Assembly (NCBI GenBank): GCA_965113315.1
Contig: OZ220367.1
Source: Podarcis vaucheri
Taxonomy: Eukaryota
Length of the DNA stretch: 64,000 nt
Strand: one strand, 5' to 3'
The notes below the pieces were generated by a model. It saw only the letters and a program-made list of their open reading frames with translations. It searched no databases and was not told the origin of the DNA. Made by a program: the position numbers and the translations under genes. Positions within the stretch are counted from its first letter, which is position 1. Each line of letters starts with the position of its first letter. Positions 48,901 through 59,733 of the stretch are shown in pieces.

Positions 48901-51900
48901 GCAGTCTGACATAAAAATTTGAAGGCCTCAAATTTCACATAAATGTAAATTCATACTGTTAGAATTATGCACAATGTCCTATCCAGACAATCCAAAACAA
49001 TATCTAGAAAATGATTAACAGAAAAGGCTTTTTTTCAACCTCTTGATTAAAAATGTTAACCTTGTAAGTGTTCATTTGATTAACTGTAACTTATGTACAG
49101 ATGTATTTTATTTAAAGCATAGCACTGGGGGGAAATAAAAAGGTAAACTTCTCTTGCATAGCACTGGGAGGAAATAAAAACGTAAACTTCTCTTCCCTTG
49201 AAACAAAGTAAGAAGTTTACAGTCCTGTGCATAACTAATTGTGTATTGTGTCAAAGAAAATGTCATGTGAAAACATTAAAGTGTGATTGGTTTATGGGAA
49301 TGTGTTGTTGCAAGATGTTGCTTTGGTCAAGTTTAAGAAGCAAACTGTTCATAGTAATTAATGATACAAGTTGTGTTTTGTTGTAAATTTTTACATTCCT
49401 GTAAGCAGAAACTTAAGTTTGAGAATAGATTTATTTTTCACTAAAAATGTATTGCATTGCTTTCTCTGCCTGAAGGACTTGTGCTGGGCACAAATCAAAG
49501 AGTAATCTAAACCAGTGACCTGCTTTTATTATTCTCGAACAAACTAATTTATCATGATTTGCTGTGGCATGCAAATAAGGGAAATTCCAAAATCTGGTTT
49601 GTTCCCCACTACAAATTTGCTTCCTTCTTGTTCTGCCACTCCTTGGACAAGTACCAACTGTTTCTCACAGTTGTCCATCTAGATTACAGTGATGTGGGTC
49701 TAAACCTGAATCACATAGGGGCTCTCCAGCATTATCATAATAGCTTCCCCAGATCAAGAATACAAATATGAGGAAGATTGGCCAAATAACAACTGCAGCC
49801 CTAGGGTTCATTATGATAGTATAAAGGCAGAGCGGGAAACAAAATAAGTATACTTTAGGCCTATACACCTTACTTGCATGCAACGGGTTTAATGTGTTGA
49901 GGAGCTGGCCACACAGTTTCCCTGGATTTACGCTTTCCTTTGAATGGGCATCTGAAAAGAAACCTCTTTTCAGCTGCCTGTGCAGAGGGGTTCCATGTGA
50001 TCCGCACATGTGTAAAATCAGGTTGCCCTGGTCACATGGCACCCTGAGTTGTGAACAGTTGCTCACATGCAGATAACTCCATTTCAGACACCCACACTCA
50101 ACACCTTAGTGTACAGGGCTGAGGATTAAACCTGTTCTAAAGCAGACTCTGGTTTCCTGGGTTAATCTCAAGCCCAGGCCACAGATGTGAAGGACAAGGA
50201 GAGTAGAGACCTGAAAGGTGCACTGAAATTGTCTAGCAAAGGCAGAGGCCAGTTTTCTTGTATTTATTCCACGTCTTAAAAATCCAGAGGCTTAATTCCA
50301 CCTGTAATCTACAGGAGCCCAATATCTCACACCATTATTCTTTGCTGCACACTTACTCTTCATAAGTACACATAGTTTCTTAACTTGCTGCTCTAGGATA
50401 GCAGACCTTGTTCTTCATAGTTCAGGCTCAGCCCTAGAGCTCTACCCTACAATCCTTTGCAACATAAATAGGCATGCTAGGGAGACAAGTTTGAATGGTT
50501 TTCTTAAACATAGAAAGTTGGAAAGACCTATCCTAGAGAAAGAGGCTTTCTGTACTCAAACCCAAACCGTGGCAGAATCCTTTTCACAAGAGAAGATTAG
50601 CATCTACAGCCCGTTATGCTGCTTCAACAGGGACAACCCTACAATTGGGCAGAGTGTCTCAGATGCTGGAGATCAGCAGTCCCCAGCTGTTTCTCTTGAG
50701 CCCCTCAGCCATTCCCCTTTGTTGCCATCCTCCCCCAATTGGCCTGCTGCCTCAGGTGTGGTAGAGGACACTATGCTGTTAGCCATGTTGCCTCAATCAG
50801 CAAAATGCCTTGGTCTGGCCTTATGCTTCAGAAGGCTCTGCACTTCCAACTCTCCTAAGAATGATTGGTTCAACAAATAGGATCAACTGATCACCTCATC
50901 AGGTTCAAAACTGTTTTTCACCTGACGATTTGAGCTCTGAGTGGCCAGAGGAATGAAAAAAAATAGCACTTTTGCCTTGAGAAGGACTTTAGAAACGCTT
51001 CCATTTTTTATTTCCCTGTCATCCAAATCTGAGAAATGGTGGTTATGCTTAACTGTGGTTTGTTGAAACAAGCAAACTGCTTACCATAGTTCAATAACCT
51101 GACTTGTTTCAGCAAGCCCTAGTTAAGATGCACTGTAATTCAGGGCTTGGATAATGCTAAACCATGGTCAGTCTGAAATAGGAGCAGAAGCTTTTCATCT
51201 CTTCCGCCCAGCCACTCCAAAGAAGAAGTGGCAGATGCAAGCCAAAGGCTTGCTGTGGCTCATTCTTGTAATTTTAAAACATAATTTGGTGTGTGAATCA
51301 GGCCACTGTTTCTTGATGTGTTTGTATAACTCTACTTTTAAAAAATAAAGGCAAGTACTTCCTTTTCTTAGAGTTCTTTATGACAGGAAGGAAATATAAC
51401 ACCACAGTTTCACTACAGTCATTTTTCCCCACACACATGAATTTGGTGTGTAGGTTGTTTGTGGGTTTTTTCATCTAACCCTCCCTCCCCCAAAAAGTTA
51501 ATAGATTTCAAGCAGCAGCAACAAAAAATAATCCTAGTTCAGGTTCTGTAGAAGGCTTTGTACTTTATTGGCACAAATAGCCTGCCTGTGTAAGGCAATG
51601 AGATGTAAATGAAGCTTGCACTAGGTAACACACACAAAAATAGGGGAACTGTCTTAAGGATTTGGGAGGGGTTATAAAATATCAGCTGAGGCCAGCAGTG
51701 AGTAGGAATTCTACGCACACGAGGGAAAGACATTATCCCAGTCTATTTGCTACCTAGGCCACAGTATTGGTAAGGAAATGTTGCTGTGGCTTCACTCTTG
51801 TACCAATGTTCGTTGGGACTAGATTAATAGAAGCACTTTTTCTGTCTTAAAACTAATCATACTTTTTCTTGTGTGGTATTAGTAGGTCCACAGCAGGGTG

Positions 51901-54900
51901 GTTAACTTGTGCACACACACACACACCCAAAAAACTAGCCATTAAAAATACATATTATTGCTCACTCCTGTGGGTTTGCTTCTGTGATGCCAAAATGTTT
52001 TAGGTTTCTCCCCAAAGACTTTCCCTACACTTGTACAACAACAACAGATTTAAAATAGTGTAGACTAGCTGTTGGAAAAAGCTTTTGAAGGGCAGGCTTG
52101 AAAACTGCAGTTTTCACCACACCCCCACTTTCATACTTTGGCCGCTTTGACATTTGGCCCGCAGAGGGTTGACCATGTGTCATTCCTATTCTTGGCCGAA
52201 GAAAGGTTAGCTACCCCTGCTGTAAAGGTTGTATTTGGTTGGTAATAGCATGCTGTGACCAAAAACTTGCAATCACTTAAAAGTTGGGATGTGTGTCTTA
52301 AAGGCACAGCCTGGGAGCAGTTTACTTGTGCCCATTTAACTGCTTTGATCTGCAGAACTAGCCCTGTTAACAAGCGCCACATTATACACGTTCCGCAGTT
52401 GTAACGAAGTATTTTTTAGTATGTTTGAAACTCCCTGTCGATTGACATCAGGAAAGATACTGTCATTTACTTGGTCATTTAAGAATGTAAAATCAAGGCC
52501 CACCTCTCAATAAATTTGTTTTCTTGATTCCAACAATGCTTGCCAGTATGAATCCAAAAGAGAACTATTTTAAAGCAATATTCCAGTGGTATTTAACTCC
52601 ACACAGAATTAGACAAATATTTGGCCAAAACATGCACGGCTAGAGATACAATAGAATTAAGGCGAATTTAAGATATATCTTTTGGAACTGTAAAAACAAA
52701 CATTTCTGGACAGAAGTATTGAATAATATATTAATAGGTACGGGCTATGATCTCCCAAGGAAACCTAAAATAACTCTTCTTTTGAGTTATTCTTCATCCT
52801 GCAGTCATTAATGCTGATTTACAACTGATTACTGCTTCTAACAACAACAAAACAGTGTACTGCACAAAAATGGAAAAACAAACATCCCCCTACCATAACT
52901 GTTTGGTGGAGGAAAATTTGGCAAAATATCTTAATGATAAAGTTTACATACAAGAGAAACACAATACTTAATAATCAGTTAAGCATCAATGAAAATTTGA
53001 AATGCTTTTGTGTTCTGTCTATGAACATTTAGTTACATTTCCACAGAAAAAAGAATGGACAGGAAATTCAGCCAGAGACCTCTTTCCCTAGCCGAAACCG
53101 AATTGTTCCTCCAGAATTCCTGTATCGTATGGACTACAAGAAAATTGGAAAATGTGTTATTGTAAACAACAAGAACTTCAAAGAAAGTACAAGTATGTTT
53201 TTCACATAATCTTAATATAACTCTGGGTGGTACTTCTGTTAGAGAGCAAGAGATCTCTACGTGAGAGCAGTGCTTTTCAAGACAATATGCTAATATCTAG
53301 GGACACTCTTCTCCCATATCAGTCAGCCACATTTGATGGGAACAAGGGAGAGTGACTTTTTTCTATTGCTAGTTTCAAATTTTGAGACCCTGCTTTGCAT
53401 GTTCTTTTTTGGCCTTCAGCCATAAAGTTAAAAGCTTTCTGTTAGAAAGGCTTTTGTGCTTTCAATGTCTGACATAACCACCTTGCCTATAGTGTTCTCT
53501 TAGGAGGGGCTTTTTGCAGTTTTAAAGGGATATGCTGTTGATAATGTATTTTTTATTACTATTTCTTAGCATGCTGCTTTAGTGTTTACTTTGCCCGGGG
53601 GGGAAGGTTGTATTTTGCTGTGAGCAGCCTTGAACTTTTATAAAGGAAGAGTGGCCATACCCAGAAAATGACTGAGCCCACAAAAAGCGCGCCGTAAAAT
53701 ATTGTTAGTCTTTATGGTGCCACAAAACATTTCTGCAGTGGTCTCGACAGGGCCCCCTCTCTGGCCATTGCTTGGGTCTTTGTGAATATAACATGCTGTT
53801 TCTGAATACTGCTCAAAGGTTTTAAGTTTTTAAATCATTTTCTCTCCCATTGGGCATTCACACAACCTGTAATAATAAGTACGCCTCTGCACAGACAGCA
53901 TCTATCTTCTTGTGTTTCTTATCAGACATGGGTATACGAAATGGCACTGATAAAGATGCTGGTGACCTGCTAAAATGTTTTCGAAGCATTGGATTTGATG
54001 TTTCCATCCATAATGATCTCACCTGTGAAGCTATGGAGAATAAACTCAAGGAAGGTAACAATGACCACCAATTGCATTAGGTTCCCTGTTTAGATAGTTT
54101 GCTAGTTTACTTAAGAAGACCAATTGTGTTCTTCCTTTGGTCATTTGAGAAGCTGAGCTTTTAATACATAATTTGGGTAGTACTAAATGAACTGGGTTGT
54201 TGTCAGTGTAGCACTAAGGAGATTTGTTTCTGTTTCCTCAATGGAACCATCTCCCCACATTCACTGTTCTGGGGGTTCTAACCATCTGGAGAAGATTTGG
54301 AGGGTGGAGTTCCATTGCACTAGCAGGCATCATTGAACTGGCTTCCTCTAGCACAACAATTTTGTTGAATACAGTGGTGCCTTGGTTGTCGAACTTAATC
54401 TGTCCGACTCCCGAAACAGTTCGAAAACCAAGGCGCAGCTTCCGATTGGCTGCAGGAGCTTCCTGCACTCAATCAGACGCCACGGAAGCTGTGTCGGACA
54501 TTTGGCTTCCAAAGAACTTTCACAAACCAGGACACTCACCTCCAGGAGCCGATTTGTTCGGGAGCCAAGCCATTCAACAACTAAGGCACCACTGTACAAG
54601 CACTTCCTAGTGAGCAGTTCAGGCTTAGTCATGCTTAAAATTGAGCCATTGGAAACAGTGGGACTAATTTAAGTTCCATTGATTTCAAAGGGTCTCTTTT
54701 AAGCATGACAAAGATCCAACCCAGTGGGAGTTATTTCTGAGTAAACATGAATAGGATTGATGTTAGCCCTTCTTTTAATTGTGCAGAAAAAAGACTTGCC
54801 ACGTATAGTTTTTGGTAAGTGGCATTTCCATTATGTGAGAGGAAATACGTTTGATTTGCAGTTGCCCTTGAGAGCCACAGTGATGCTGCTTGTTTTGCCT

Positions 54901-57803
54901 GCATATTATTAAGCCACGGAGACGAGGGGTTTATCTATGGCACAGATGGAGCTATGGCAATAAAGGAGTTGACAAGTCTTTTCAGAGGAGACAAGTGCCC
55001 AAGCCTCATTGGAAAACCTAAGTTGTTTTTCATTCAGGTAAGGTATTTGATGCAAGCTAGCATGTGCTGGGTAGAAGCTGTTTTCCAAAGTTTAGCAGCA
55101 GGAAGCTAGAATTGGAAACAGTGGTCCAAAATGGTTGCAGAGTAATGCCTAAGGCATGCAGATACGAGAGATATTTGGTCAGCTTTTCTTGAGAACGATG
55201 CTCAATACTTGTCTTTTTTCTGTTTTCTCAGTTTGTGTCTCAAGCACTACTACCCACTTTCATTTCCTTTTATTGTCCTCTCCCCCCTTTTTTTTGTAGA
55301 TGTTACATTATTTTCCCTAGAGTAATTTATTTGTTATTAACTAAAAACTGATTTTGAAAAATTCTCATGTATTGAGTATTTTGGATAACTGCACATAGAA
55401 ACACAAAATGTCAGTTTAAGGCCAATATTAGGCACTTAATAAATAATGAGTAGTGTGCTCAGCAGCAATGGCATGGCCTATCTGTGTATTCATACAATTG
55501 ACTGCAGCTAATATATTTAAGCTGTAGCCCTAGGACGAATATGTTTTCCATAGGGTTGATGCTGCTGATCCTAGTATAGGTCATTAATGTACCATATTTC
55601 ATTTACAAGGTTCAAGTATATGTTCAACTATAATGTGAATCTGTTTCAGTTACAAAATTATCATAAAATTCCATAACTCCTTTAAATTGTATGTGATTTA
55701 TGTGTACACTGAATTATTTTGCTCACTTTTTATATCATGGTTTCAGGCCTGTCGAGGTTCTGAATTTGATGAAGGGATTCAGACAGATGCAGGTTCTCCA
55801 AATAACGATCTGGAAATGGATGCCAATCCAAGATGCAAGATTCCTGTAGAAGCAGATTTTTTGTATGCATATTCCACCGTGCCAGGTATAAACGGGAAAA
55901 GTGACAAACTTGACATACAAATGAGTGAGAGTAAAACAAAATGTCATATATTGGGGAAAATATAAGCATTGGAACTTAAATAAATATGGAATGCTATTTT
56001 ATGGGGAAATGTATTTTCTTTACATTGAATTATGAACCAGTCTTGAAAGTTTGAAGCACAGCACTTTATATTTTCACATATCAAGTTTGTTTCCTTCTGA
56101 AATGTATATAGGCTTTTCAGTGTTCTAGTTTGTGTGTATAATCAGGGGCGAACAAAGGCTAACCGACACCTGGGGCGGGGCAAACTGCTGGCTGCGCACG
56201 CGTTGTGCCACTACGTATGACGCATGCATGGCATTGTTACGCAGGGCACATATGCAGTATCGCTACGTACAGCACATGCGTGCAACACTGTGCATGCGTT
56301 GTACGTAGCGGTTTGCCACCGGTGCCACTTGAATGCAGTATGGATGGTGGCGGGATCCTCTGCTCGCAGCTGCAGCCACAAACGGAGGATCGTCCACATG
56401 CAGCTACAGTGGCACAATGGCTGCTCGCGGCGCCATGCCTGGGGTCACCCCCCCCCCAGACATGGCACCCGGGTCACACCACCACCACCCCTTGTGGCGC
56501 CACTGTGTATAATTAGTGCTAATGATCATATGTGAGCTACTGGAATGGCTCCTCTTGACACTCTGCTGCTAAGCCATGGATTGACTCAGCATGGCATCCA
56601 AACCCAGGCTCATGGTTTAGCTCTTTCCATATAAACCATGTGCTGTAGACACGGTTTATCCTATGGTTTATAGCTCATGGTTTGTCTGGGAGAGCTAAAG
56701 CACAGTCCCAGGTTTGGATAAAATACTAAGCCAAACCATAACTTAGGGGAGCACAGCAGCAGAATGAGCAGAGGACGAGCAAAGCAGCCGCAATCTCCTC
56801 TGTGGGATCCCACATATTTGTTGTACATGCTAAACTGTGGTGCTAACGATATCAATGTCCTCTTTTATTTTTAGTTATCTTTCTCTATTTCAGCTAGCTG
56901 TAAAAGTCTTAACAATTCCATATTTTTAATAAAGGTAAAGGGACCCCTGACCATTAGGTCCAGTCGTGGCCGACTCTGGGGTTGCGGTGCTCATCTCGCT
57001 TTATTGGCCGAGGGAGCCAGCGTACAGCTTCCGGGTCATGTGGCCAGCATGACTAAGCCGCTTCTGGTGAACCAGAGCAGCGCACGGAAACACAGTTCAT
57101 CTTCCCACCGGAGCGGTACCTATTCATCTACTTGCACTTTGACGTGCTTTTGAACTGATAGGTTGGCAGGAGCAGGGACTGAGCAACAGGAGCTCACCCC
57201 ATTGCAGGGATTCGAACCGCCAACCTTCTGATCCTCAAGTCCTAGGCTCTGATTTTTTTAAAAAATAGCCCTATTTACATGTATCATGATGGTCCGGGGT
57301 CATTTTAGTTGACACAGTCCAGCCCTGTGTACTTTTTGAGAACGTTGCATATGCATAGGTTTCCACGGCAAGCACTCACACTCTTGAAAAGCAAAATGCT
57401 TTGCTTGCCTCTCCAGCAATGCAAATGATTGTGACAAAAACCTATAGACCCAAACTGGTTCCCTCTTTCACTTGTACGTATATGGCTTGGATTATAACCC
57501 TATTTGTAATGTGCAGTAAATATCTCTTTCACCCTTCATTATGGTAAGGAAGCTTTTTTCCCTTTGCTCTCACTTACAGGTTATTATTCTTGGCGGAATC
57601 CAGGGAACGGCTCCTGGTTTGTGCAATCTCTTTGTGAAGTTCTGACTAAGTATGCCAAAGAGCTGGAGATCCTGCAGATGCTCACCATGGTTAACTACAA
57701 AGTAGCAAGAAACTATGAATCGCAGTGTGATGACCCACGCTTCCATGGGAAGAAACAGATTCCTTGTGTGGTCTCCATGCTAACCAAAGAAGTTTACTTC
57801 TGA
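38472..57803 (+). CDS. CASP7: Caspase-7, complete: join 38472-38554, 53047-53192, 53926-54054, 54862-55037, 55747-55885, 57580-57803 (897 nt, 298 aa); start codon uncertain
   Basis: Spliced protein has DVPD|AKPDR N-peptide, basic KKK patch, RNGTDKDA, catalytic SHG and QACRG, IQTD linker site, [15 protein letters not shown] and [13 protein letters not shown]; synteny with NRAP. Confidence 0.96.
39935..39986. repeat. Compound (TC)n(AC)n microsatellite
   Basis: Direct reading. Confidence 0.95.
40125..40372 (+). mobile_element. tRNA-derived SINE (Squam3-like) nested in an older hAT MITE
   Basis: A/B-box head (gtggtgtagtggtt..gggttcg), (CTT)n tail, TSD catctagag at 40116-40124 and 40373-40381. 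Confidence 0.75.
40441..41263. mobile_element. Tc2-like non-autonomous DNA transposon
   Basis: TIR CCGTATTTT..AAAATACGG, TA TSD; internal direct repeat with about 154 bp period (~40530-40810). Confidence 0.82.
41822..42186 (-). mobile_element. Sauria SINE, variant A
   Basis: TSD ctacaagtata at 41812-41822 and 42187-42197. Confidence 0.92.
45161..45296. mobile_element. hAT MITE (136 bp, palindromic)
   Basis: 8-bp TSD tgttaggc; related to the 9703 copy. Confidence 0.87.
47306..47547. mobile_element. Tigger/pogo-like MITE
   Basis: TIR CAGTGGTACCTCGGGTTA, TA TSD. Confidence 0.87.
49117..49194. repeat. 39-bp tandem duplication
   Basis: gcatagcactggg(g/a)ggaaataaaaa(g/c)gtaaacttctctt twice. Confidence 0.9.
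52580..53010 (+). mobile_element. Degenerate L1-like ORF2 3' fragment
   Basis: Remnant [26 protein letters not shown] resembles the L1 C-terminal AxxWKxxxxPT motif; boundaries approximate. Confidence 0.5.
53047..53192 (+). CDS. CASP7: CASP7 exon ([48 protein letters not shown])
   Basis: ccacag acceptor, gtatgt donor, 146 nt; GKCxIxNNKNF motif. Confidence 0.94.
53926..54054 (+). CDS. CASP7: CASP7 exon ([43 protein letters not shown])
   Basis: 129 nt, GT-AG. Confidence 0.96.
54372..54594. mobile_element. Tigger/pogo-like MITE
   Basis: TIR CAGTGGTGCCTT, TA TSD; related to the 6040 copy. Confidence 0.83.
54862..55037 (+). CDS. CASP7: CASP7 exon with catalytic His ([11 protein letters not shown]...GKPKLFFIQ)
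   Basis: 176 nt, GT-AG. Confidence 0.96.
55747..55885 (+). CDS. CASP7: CASP7 exon with catalytic Cys and linker ([46 protein letters not shown])
   Basis: 139 nt, GT-AG. Confidence 0.96.
56143..56505. mobile_element. hAT (Tip100-like) non-autonomous element
   Basis: TIR CAG(G/T)GGCG, 8-bp TSD tgtataat. Confidence 0.82.
56931..57251 (-). mobile_element. Sauria SINE, variant B, 5'-truncated
   Basis: Homologous to the 4620 copy; lacks about 30 nt of the head. Confidence 0.88.
57580..57803 (+). CDS. CASP7: CASP7 last coding exon ([16 protein letters not shown]...MLTKEVYF*)
   Basis: cttacag acceptor, TGA stop ending at 57803. Confidence 0.96.
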
Positions 57804-59607
57804 AATCTCATTTGTTTGGGCATGTATCATCTGCCCATCTTCCAAAGAAAGATTGAAATATACAATGGGGATTTTTTAATCAAAACATTTCAAATCAAAC
57901 CACACTGGATCCAGAGCTTCGTCAAGATAATCTTTGAAATATGCAATATGACAATTACCTCAGTTGATAGTTAAAATCCTTTTCAACATGCCACCTTGAC
58001 TGTTTATGTGTATTTTGGTAGATAATTCTGGTCTCTTGTTGTTTCTGGCCACATTGAAAAAGAATGCCTCTAATACCTCTCTTGTTTGACCACATCTGGA
58101 GTCGTGTGTGGGTTTTTTCTCATGGAAATTCCTCATAATTTCCCAATATTAACTACTTAAAATGTGTTGGCATTGTGCTATGGCACTGAAACATTTTTCT
58201 TAATTTCTCAAATATAAAAGGGAGGAATCACATAGGAATATGACCAAGGTATACTGGAGTTTTCTGTGGTTAAATGGTGGACTTGATATCATTGGTATTT
58301 TACATATCAGAGGACATATCCATTCATAGGTCTTGCTTGGTCTCAGTGTGGGTTTGAAATCATAAGCCATTTACTTTTCAAAATCACTCTGTTTAAGTCT
58401 GTTTCTGTTTTCCGTACTTCTCCCTACATTGGAAAACTATCCTTATAAAACCTAGGAAATACTTGAAACACTTCTTTTTATCCAATATGGAAATACCACT
58501 CCAATTTTATCATGAGAACACTGAACAATTAAGTGCAGCTTACGACATTTTCAGCACAATAACAATTTGATAGCAAATATGTGCTGTGTAGTATATAGCT
58601 TTCAAACAGAAATAACAGTGATGCCTGTACGTTGTCAGTTAGATCAAAGCACAATTATTCCACAAAGCAATAAGTAAAACTATAGCAAACTAAGTTAAAT
58701 TAAGAGTTTCTACTTCCTTGTAATGACTAACTGCTGCTGAGAAGCCACACAGTTCTTTACTTTAAATTCCTTAAGCTTGATTGTGTTGCCCTTTCTGCAT
58801 GATTAGACATTGCAGATTTGGTGCCTACATATTCATTTGAAGGCAAACCACCACCACCACCCCATCATTCTTGATCTTACACCATAAATTCACATTTTTC
58901 TGTATGTCACTTTATAGTGCCAATTTCTTGTTTCTAGATTTGTTTCCTTGTTTCTAGGTTTACAAACAGTGTTGTACAATTGTTGAATTTCTTGTTATTA
59001 TAACAAGTCCACAGTATACCCAACGCTATGGATGTGTTGGCCAACTTTCATTTCATTACCATAAAGGCGCTCTTTCTTGGCGTGTCCAGTGCTGTGGCTA
59101 TTTGAAGTAAGCTTGAGCTGTGAATCCTAGCTACTCATGGAAACTTGATTTTGTGTCAGTCAAGTCACCAGTACAAAGGCAATGTTTATGTAGTTTTCAA
59201 GCTTTAAAGCAAGATAGGAAAAGAGTCTGCTGAATTTTAACTGGGGATAGACCACATCTTACACAACATCAGGTAGGAAATATTTCCATCACTGCAAGAG
59301 GAGATCTCCACAGAATGCCAATAACTTCTTAAGAAATCCAGTGCGCTATGGATTCTACAGTGAGACAAATTGCTTTTCTGGCATGATGCAAAAATATAGC
59401 AGTAGGCTCTCAGGTAGTGACAGCTGCAGGACTAGGCCTCACCATGAAGTGGGAAATATGCAATCCTATGAATTTATCCTGGCAAAGACCTGTGTGTTTC
59501 TTGAGCAAGAGAGTAAACTAAATGGGAGCATCAGTGGGAGTTTTGCCTTGCAAATGGTTGTGAAATAATCTCAGTTAATCATAACATTTTTTTGCACTTA
59601 AAGAATT

Positions 59608-59733
59608 AATAAATTCTTTTGACATAACATGTCTGTCCAGTTATATTCAGACAATGAAATAATAGTAAAAACTATAAACTAGTAGTTCAAGACACCGAAA
59701 CTAATCAGCTGTTTACATGTTGAAGTTAATAAA
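59608..59733 (+). terminator. Candidate CASP7 polyadenylation signals
   Basis: AATAAA at 59608-59613 and 59728-59733, about 1.8-1.9 kb after the stop; actual usage unknown. Confidence 0.4.
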
